The notes below the pieces were generated by a model. It ran no database searches and was not told where the DNA came from. It saw nothing but the letters and a program-made list of their open reading frames with translations. Source: Chrysomallon squamiferum (taxonomy: Eukaryota; Animalia; Mollusca). Taken from it: a stretch of DNA of 64,000 bases. A program made the position numbers and the translations under genes. The DNA is taken from NCBI GenBank assembly GCA_012295275.1, contig CM022679.1:8742001-8806000 (forward strand), given 5' to 3'. Shown in pieces: positions 56,186-64,000 of the stretch (the stretch's first letter is position 1; each line of letters begins with the position of its first letter).

Positions 56186-58410
56186 AATAATAATATTAAT
56201 AATAATAATAATAACATTTTTTAAAAATATAAAGAAATTTTTAAAAATTTAATTGAAATCTTGATCAATAAATTATAAAAATTATAAAATTTTGTATAAA
56301 ATTATATTGATATTTTTTTGTTGAAGAAATTTTCAAAAATTAACAAATTAAATAAAACTGATATTTCCATAAGAATAAAACCATCCATTACATTATAATT
56401 TTAATGAATTTAAATTTTAAAAACTTTTAATAAGAACATTAATAACCATTGATTACTACTTCAATCATTATTAGATTTAGTAACTAAAAATTAAGTGCAT
56501 AGTTAAAAACGTCCATAAAATTCATTCATTCTAAAAACAAACTGATTTTTTTTTAATCCTCTCTATGTCTAACCACAATTTGTTATTTTTAAATTTGCAG
56601 AATGTTAAATCTCTAACTAAATTCATTTTAGTCTTTTTATTTTTATTTATGCACACTTAAAAAGCATTAAAGACTATTCTATATTGGGGCAGTTTAATAT
56701 TAAAAGCAAAAACATGAATAAAATAATAAAAACAAACAAATAAATAGATTTAAATAAATAAATAAGTAAATAATTAAATCAATTGAAAATTATATACATA
56801 AATAAAATAAATAGATTTAAATAAATAAATAAGTAAATAATTAAATAAATTGAAAATTATATACATAAATAAAATAAATGAAATAAAACTAAACAATAAA
56901 AATCACATTTCGTCTAAATAAATATATTATTATAAAGATTATTTTTTTTTGAAGATAAAAATTTTTTTTTTTTAATTTACTCATGTTTTGTGACAGTAGT
57001 TATTTATACAAGATTTTAACAAATTCTCACCAATAATCACAACAGTAATAATAATAATAAAAATAATTATAATAAAACATAAGCATATTTCAGTCAGTCA
57101 GTTATTCATTTGAAATGTGTGTACACCAGATCCAATGCAGCCTCTGTCAGGAGACTGGGTTATCTGCCCATGCCAGTGTTAGTATGTTAGGAGATTAGTT
57201 AGAGGTAACAAAAGGTGCAGTGATGTTACACCTTTCCAGGTAGATTTTGTACAGGAGACAAACAGAATTGTGGATACTAGATAGAGATAAAATAATCATA
57301 TAGTACAAATTACTTGTGTTTTAGACATAACAGTGAATAAATATGGTTTATTTATGTTTTAGACATAACAGTGAATAAATATGATTTATTTATGTTTTAG
57401 ACATAACAGTGAATAAATATGACTTATGTATGTTTTAAACATGACAATATTTAATATGAATTACTTATGTTTTAAATATAACAATGGTTTAATGTGAATT
57501 ATGTATGTTTTAAACATAACAATAATTAATATGAATTATGTATGTTTTAAATATAACAGTTATTTAATATAAATTTCTTATGTTTTAAACAAAAAAACAA
57601 TTGACTACAAATAAGGTATGTTTTAAACACAACAACATTTAATATGACTTATGTATGCTTTATACATACATAAAAATGATTAAATACAAATTATGTATGT
57701 TTTAAACATGACAATATTTAATATCAGTTACGTATGTGTAAAATATAACAGTTATTTACTATAAATTACAAATGTTTTAAACATAACAATGATTTAATAT
57801 GAATTATTTATGTTTTAAACATGACAATATTTAATATGAATTACTTACGTTTTAAACATAACAGTTATTTAATACGAATTACTTACATTTTAAACATAAA
57901 TAACAAATGATTTAATGCAGATTATTAATTAATTATCACATAATTATGTTGTTACTGAACACAACAACAGCATCTGTAATTAACACTGAGATAAACATTC
58001 TGGCTGGATTTCTGTACCTGAAATTCAGAACACATTTCATTATGTTTATTTGGAAATTAAGTTTAAATCAGTCTGCCCACACATTACAATATAACAAATA
58101 GCTACCAGTAATTATATTGTGGATCTTTCCTTTGAAATATTTTTGTTCCATTTATCATCAAAGCATGACTTTAAGATTCGTATGTTATTGCAATATATAT
58201 CACTGACACTACACTTCATCTGTGTATCTGAAAATTCACTGTACCATGCATACGAAGTATCATATACCTGATATTCATAGTACTGTAACTATACACCATC
58301 ATACATTAAAATTATCACATATACCAAGTACCATGTACTCACAGTATGAAATATACACTGTATCATATACACAATATCATACACACAGTATCATATGCTT
58401 ACACTATCCT

Positions 58411-58443
<33 letters not shown>

Positions 58444-61400
58444 TAATACTTTCACTCTTTCATATATACACATTATCATATGCTTACACTATATTAAATG
58501 CACATCTTTATACTTACAACTTAATATATTTATATTATTATATACAATATATTACACACTCACAGTATCACATATTATCATATGCAATCAACAGCATTTA
58601 CATATAGCATCATGAATTGATTATCATACACACACACACAGTGTCACATATAGACAATATCATACACTCAGTTTATCATATATATAAATTATATACACAC
58701 ATACAATATAACACATTCAGTACTGTACACTGTAACACACATTAACGGTGATTTATTTTAATTATATCTTTAATTTTAACGAGTCAACAGGTGAAGCAAT
58801 GACTGTGTTTTGACACTACATGAATGACCAACGGCAGCATTTTTGTCATCAGTGACAGGTGAATTAAATTCCTGAAATGGACCTGTATCAAGTCAGAAGA
58901 ACAAAACTGACCAAACAGTTTCATGAAAAGATTTCATTCTGGTGCCTAGAATGACCAAACTGACCAAACTGTTTTCAGGAATTTTTAAATTCTACTTCAT
59001 TACTTAATTTAATGGAATTGTTGTTGTTTTTTTGTTGTTTTTTTAATTATTGTGTGTGTGTGTGTGTGTGTGTGTGTTGTTTTTTTTTTTTATCTTTCAT
59101 TAGATGAAATTAGTGTTTATTTAATATTTTTTAGTTTATTTTATGAGATAATGATAATTTTGAGCTTTTTTGTCCAAGATAGATCCATTTCATGAATTTT
59201 ACACACTGTTCAGTGACTGGGCAGCATAAGCTTGTGAGCTTGTGGTCTCACATTTAAATTCATTTAAGCCATAGGTAAGTGATTACTTTAGGTATGAGAA
59301 CAATGAAGACTGAACCTGTTCAATTGACAGCTTTTAATTTTAGTACATGTTACATTGTTTTACTGCATATGAAGACTAAGTTCTAGTAAGTATTAATTCT
59401 AAGTTTATAATGTACTTGATTTGTTAAACTACAGTAATACTCTACACCAAAAATTCTAAACGTTACATTGTTTTACTGCATATGTACACCAAGAATTAAT
59501 TCTGTATTAATAAAAGAAGTTGATTTGTTAAACAAACTACAGTAATACTCTACACCAAACAACATTCTAAATGTTACATTGTCTTCACTGTATGTATGAT
59601 GTCACTGGGTTAATTCTGTATTAATAATATTAATAACCTGCTAACCTAAGCTAGAACACTGTAGTACATGCTGTATGTCAAACAAAGTAAGTATGTTAGA
59701 TTGTGACGGAGTGCTCCAGTGAGTTAAGGAGGGAGTTAACAAAAAACAAAAAAACATGGCGCACCGCTGTTGTTTACATGACTGACTCATCATTGTGAGT
59801 CTGGGACGCCTGGGAAGGAAATGAACACGGTTTTAAGCAGTACACCTGGCAAACAAGAGATTGAAAAAGAGGCTCGGTCAATAATAAAGAAGGAATATCA
59901 TCAACAATAATACAGGACTGTCAATCATAATAATAATAATAATAAACAAGGAATATCAACAGTAATAAGGGAATGTCAGTAATAAAAAAGGAATATTGAC
60001 AGTAATAAAGGAATGTCAATAATAATCAACAAGGAATATCAACAGTAATAAAGGAATGTCAATAATAATAAACAAGAAATATCAGTAATGATAAAGAGAG
60101 AATAATATTAAGGAATACTGGTAACAAATGAAATATCAATAACAGTAAAAAGGGAATATTATTAGAGAATATCAGTTACCAAAAAATGGAAGAAAATCAA
60201 CATTTAATAAGGAATAATAGCAAAAAATAAGGAATATCAGTTAGAAGTAATCAGCATCAAAAAAAGGTAAGGAATATCAATAATATGGGATACCAACAAA
60301 AATTAACAAATATCAATAATAAATAAGGAATATTAATAATAAAAAACGAGGAATATTGGATGGAAACAAAACTATCAATAATAAATAAGGAATACTAATA
60401 ATAAAAAAACAAGGAATATCAGATGGAAACAAAACTATCAATAATAAATAAGGAATACTAATTTAAAAAAACAAGGAATATTGGATGGAAACAAAACTAT
60501 CAATAAGAAATAAGGAATCCTAATAATAAAAAAAAACAAGGAATATTGGATGGAAACAAAACTATCAATAATAAATAAGGAATACTAATAATAAAAAAAC
60601 AAGGAATATCGGATGGAAACAAAACTATCAATAAGAAATAAGAAATACCAACAAGTTAGGAATGTCAATAATAACTTAAGACACATCAGTAAGAAGTAAT
60701 AAACAAACTATAAAATACAGAGACATTTAGAAATAGAATAAGAAATAAAAATAACGTTCTGCTGACCTGGTCAGTGGGCAGCAGCTTGAAGTCCTCAGGT
60801 GGGTTGGCTATCACGTAACGCTTTGAAGATGGACTCTTGACCGATTCGTTGGTGTCACGAAATCGGTAAAGTCCGATGCAGAGAATACCGTAATGTTTTA
60901 GAGCATAGACAAACAGATCACCATATTTATCTCCTTCCTGAAACATAGACATATACAAAAGATCACCATATTTATCTCCTTCCTGAAATATAGACATACA
61001 CAAACAGATCACTATATTTATCTCCTTCCTGAAATATAGACATACACAAACAGATCACCATATTTATCTCCTTCCTGAAATACAGACATACACAAACAGA
61101 TCAGTCAAATATTTATTTCCTTGTAGTTTGAAATACAGACATATCTCTTTAAACATGATGATATAATGTTTAATCTCCTTCCTGAAACTAAACAGACATG
61201 ACCACAAATAAATTAAACTGTTTAGTCTTGATGTGATATAAACTAAACTGTTTAGACTTGATGTGATAAAACTAAATTGTTTAGACTTGATGTGATATAA
61301 ACTAAACTGTTTAGACTTGATGTGATATAAACTAAACTGTTTAGACTTGATGTGATATAAACTAAACTGTTTAGACTTGATGTGATATGAACTAAATTGT

Positions 61401-62324
61401 TTAGACTTGATGTGATAAAATTAAATTGTTTAGACTTGATTTGATACAAACTAATTTGTTTAGACTTGATGAGATAAAACTAAATTGTTTAGACTTAATG
61501 TGATATAAACTAAACTGTTTAGACTTGATGTGATAAAACTAATTTGTTTAGACTTGATGTGATATAAACTAACTTGATTAGACTTGACATGATATAAACT
61601 AACTTGATTAGACTTGACATGATATAAACTGAACTGTTTAGACTTGACATGATATAAACTGAACTGTTTAGACTTGACATGATATAAACTAAACTGTTTA
61701 GACTTGACCTGAGATATGAACTAATCTGTTGAGACTTGATGTAACACAAAATTATACTTTTTTTTAAAACAGGATATGATACAAACTGAACGAAATGACC
61801 AAACTAATAACATCTGGATTTTTTTTTAATTTCCATTTTAGATAAGTACCTACATCTAGAAACAATATATATTAAAAAAAAAAAAAAAAAAAAAATTACA
61901 TAAACATCTATATCAATAAATAATGAACAAATTAAATAAATAAAAGTTATATTTTTACCCCAAATTGAGCCAATGGTCCATCAAAGAGAGACACTTGGGC
62001 AACTCGGCAACGATCTCTGTTTGCCAAGATTGCAGGCGTGCAGTAGCCTCCCTTCATCCCTGCCCCCTCCGCGAGGATCTGCTCCAGTTCGGGTGTGGCT
62101 CCTCCAGTGATCAGAGTCCGAATCAGGGTCAGGGCATTGTCATTGAAATAACTCTGTGAAGATACAAAATGTGTCAGAAATAAATAAATATATATATATA
62201 TATATAAAGTATGTCACAGAGAATAGAGCTTTAAGTATTAAAATAAATGTGTAGATGTGTATGTATGAATGTGTGTGTGTGTATTTATGTATGAATGTGT
62301 ATATATTTATCTATGAATGTGTAG

Positions 62325-62371
<47 letters not shown>

Positions 62372-64000
62372 ATGTGTGTACATGTTTATGTTTGTATGGG
62401 TATGTATGTCTATGTATTTGAATGTGTGTGTGTGTGTGTGTGTATGTATTTATTGATTATTTTACACATGGTGAATGTATGTGTATTTATCATACACACA
62501 ATGTTTTTCAAATGTTTATGGTAACAAAATCAAATTATTTATAAAACTCAACAACAAAAGTTCATAATAATAAAATAAAAAACATGAACAAATTCAATGG
62601 ATGCTGTGAAAAGGTAATAGTATCATCTTTAACATTAATACTCGTTAAATTGAAATGAAAACAAAAACTCACAGTGCTCATAAGTGAGTCGAGCACACTG
62701 ACTGCAAAGGCTGTGCCACATGCAAAAGGCTGAGTCATGTACAACTCCGTGTCAGGGTCGTCATCATCGTCTTGGTCCAGAAACTGAACGTTGGAGTCGT
62801 TGGCTGAACAACAGCAAATTGTTAACAGACAATATTTCAAAAATTATTATTTTTAAAAATTATCACACCGGTTGAAAATATAAACAGCATTGTTAAATTA
62901 TTTTACTGGCTGAAAATACAGACAATATTTGTCAAATTATTTTACTGGTTGAAAATACAGACAATATTTGTCAAATTATTTTACTGGTTGAAAATACAGA
63001 TGTTATTTGATAAATTGTTTTACTGGTTGGAAATACAGACAATATTTGTCAAATTATTTTACTGGTTGAAAATACAGACAATATTTGTCAAATTATTTTT
63101 ATGTGGTTGAAAATACAGACAATATTTGTCAAATTATTTTACTGGCTGAAAATACAGACAATATTTGTCAAATTATTTTACTGGTTGAAAATACAGACAA
63201 TATTTGTCAAATTATTTTACTGGTTGAAAATACAGATGCTATTTGATAAATTATTTTACTGGTTGAAAATACAGACGCTATTTGATAAATTGTTTTACTG
63301 GTTGAAAATACAGACAATATTTGTCAAATTATTTTACTGGTTGGAAATACAGACAATATTTGTCAAATTATTTTACTGGTTGGAAATACAGACAATATTT
63401 GATAAAAATTAATTTATGGGTTAAAAATATAGATAAATTTTTGAAGTTGTTATACTGGTTGAAAATAAACAGTATTTGTTAAATGACTTAATTCTTATAC
63501 TGGTTCTGAAATATCAGCAATGAATGAATCAGAGGACAAAATAGAAAAATTAATATTTTTATAATATTTCAGTAAATGTTTGTTATTATTAATAATACAA
63601 GTTCTGAATGTTTTTGTTGTTATTATTATGTGCATGTGTGTGTGTGTGTTTGTGTTAAATATGTTCAGCTGTTTTAAGGGTTTTTTATTTTTTTTCTGAT
63701 ACAGCATGAGAGAGAAAACTCACTGATTCTTCTTTTTCTCCTCTTGTTATTTTTATCATTTAGCAGCAAGGATTTTTTTTTTTTTCACCTGAACCTTTTC
63801 ATAGTTAGGACAATACCTACCACAGCATTTAATATTGTTAGCAAAGATTGATGTTCAGAATAACATTAAACACTAATTAGAAGAATTTAAAAAATATATA
63901 TATATCGCTATGCTGTTTTAAATTTTTACCTAATTCTGTGATGAGTGGAACATTGGAACCAGAAACCGAACCTCTTCTTGAAGTGTTGGTGGGGCTGCCA
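55880..64000 (-). CDS. KCNMA1: Calcium-activated potassium (BK) channel alpha subunit slowpoke/Slo1, 5'-partial (RCK2, calcium bowl, C-terminus)
   Basis: Exons (minus) 63930->64000, 62673-62803, 61959-62153, 60767-60937, and last exon 55880-55996 (or 59774-59845). [52 protein letters not shown] (calcium bowl), [71 protein letters not shown]. Confidence 0.96.
57310..57915. repeat. ~36-bp minisatellite (TTATGTTTTAAACATAACA...TTTAATATGAA)
   Basis: About 16 copies with decay. Confidence 0.85.
59345..59625. repeat. ~113-bp tandem repeat, 2-3 copies
   Basis: GTTACATTGTTTTACTGCATAT...TTGATTTGTTAAAC...TACAGTAATACTCTACACCAAA is repeated. Confidence 0.75.
59774..59845 (-). CDS. KCNMA1: Alternative (proximal) last coding exon of slo: [23 protein letters not shown]
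   Basis: Acceptor TCTCTTGTTTGCCAG|GTG, phase 0. It begins with the conserved VYCL that follows ...PTDQ and is paralogous to the distal exon VYCLQPF at 55880-55996. Confidence 0.8.
   Translation of the reverse strand: MYCLKPCSFPSQASQTHNDESVM
59880..60672. repeat. A-rich minisatellite (AAGGAATATCAATAAT core) with a ~62-bp higher-order block at 60310-60650
   Basis: GGAATATTGGATGGAAACAAAACTATCAATAATAAATAAGGAATACTAAT repeats 5 times. Confidence 0.85.
60905..61190 (-). repeat. Splice-acceptor-anchored 45/46-bp tandem repeat copying the start of the slo exon 60767-60937
   Basis: TTTCAG|GAAGGAGATAAATAT(G/A)GTGATCT with exon-start positions 60937, 60982, 61028 and 61074, plus a partial copy at 61181. 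Confidence 0.93.
61213..61745. repeat. 30-bp minisatellite AAACTAAACTGTTTAGACTTGATGTGATAT, ~18 copies
   Basis: Regular 28-30-bp units, which produce the periodic ORFs 61252-61449 and 61519-61749. Confidence 0.95.
62868..63482. repeat. 39-bp minisatellite TGG(T/C)TGAAAATACAGACAATATTTGTCAAATTATTTTAC, ~15 copies, related to the adjacent slo acceptor region
   Basis: Regular 39-bp period (source of the periodic ORF 63101-63412). On the minus strand it shares AAATATTGTCTGT and TTCAG|CCA with the true acceptor region at 62801-62840. Confidence 0.92.
63705..63835 (-). mobile_element. Degenerate dispersed short repeat (SINE-like), copy 2
   Basis: Reverse-complement similarity to 53111-53280. Confidence 0.45.

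Noticed and set aside
58775-58881. Possible additional slo exon after acceptor TTGATACAG| at 58881
   Set aside because: Two frames are open, but neither resembles slo and there is no other support; too weak without RNA data.
61213-63482. Regular 30-bp and 39-bp arrays and their periodic ORFs (possible CRISPR array or repeat protein)
   Set aside because: Head-to-tail units without unique spacers, no cas genes, and located in eukaryotic introns.
63718-63790. Apparent AG...GTGAGT cassette in the slo intron
   Set aside because: Lies within the degenerate dispersed repeat, has a purine-rich acceptor, and contains a poly-A run.

Overview
Very AT-rich, intron-rich animal genomic DNA; the proteins and repeats look molluscan or lophotrochozoan (inference). 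I reconstructed five genes by hand from GT-AG sites and exon phase: LRRC45 (-, 3'-partial) head-to-head with LRRC20 (+), SGSH (-) head-to-head with SLC26A11 (+) with about 210 bp between the inferred start codons, and the 3' end of the BK channel slo/KCNMA1 (-) with alternative last exons. The most unusual pattern is a set of intronic tandem repeats whose unit copies the exon/intron junction it abuts (four clear cases and one looser one), producing ladders of decoy or alternative splice sites. One of these would add 15 aa in frame to the BK RCK2 domain. Other notable items: the lysosomal SGSH/SLC26A11 pair with tandem MiT/TFE-type E-boxes, a 1-nt frameshift just before the SGSH catalytic CSPSR motif, an orphan copy of half an SGSH exon, a decayed Ty3/Gypsy pol and a Tigger/pogo-type element. 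All coordinates were counted manually and no database search was run.
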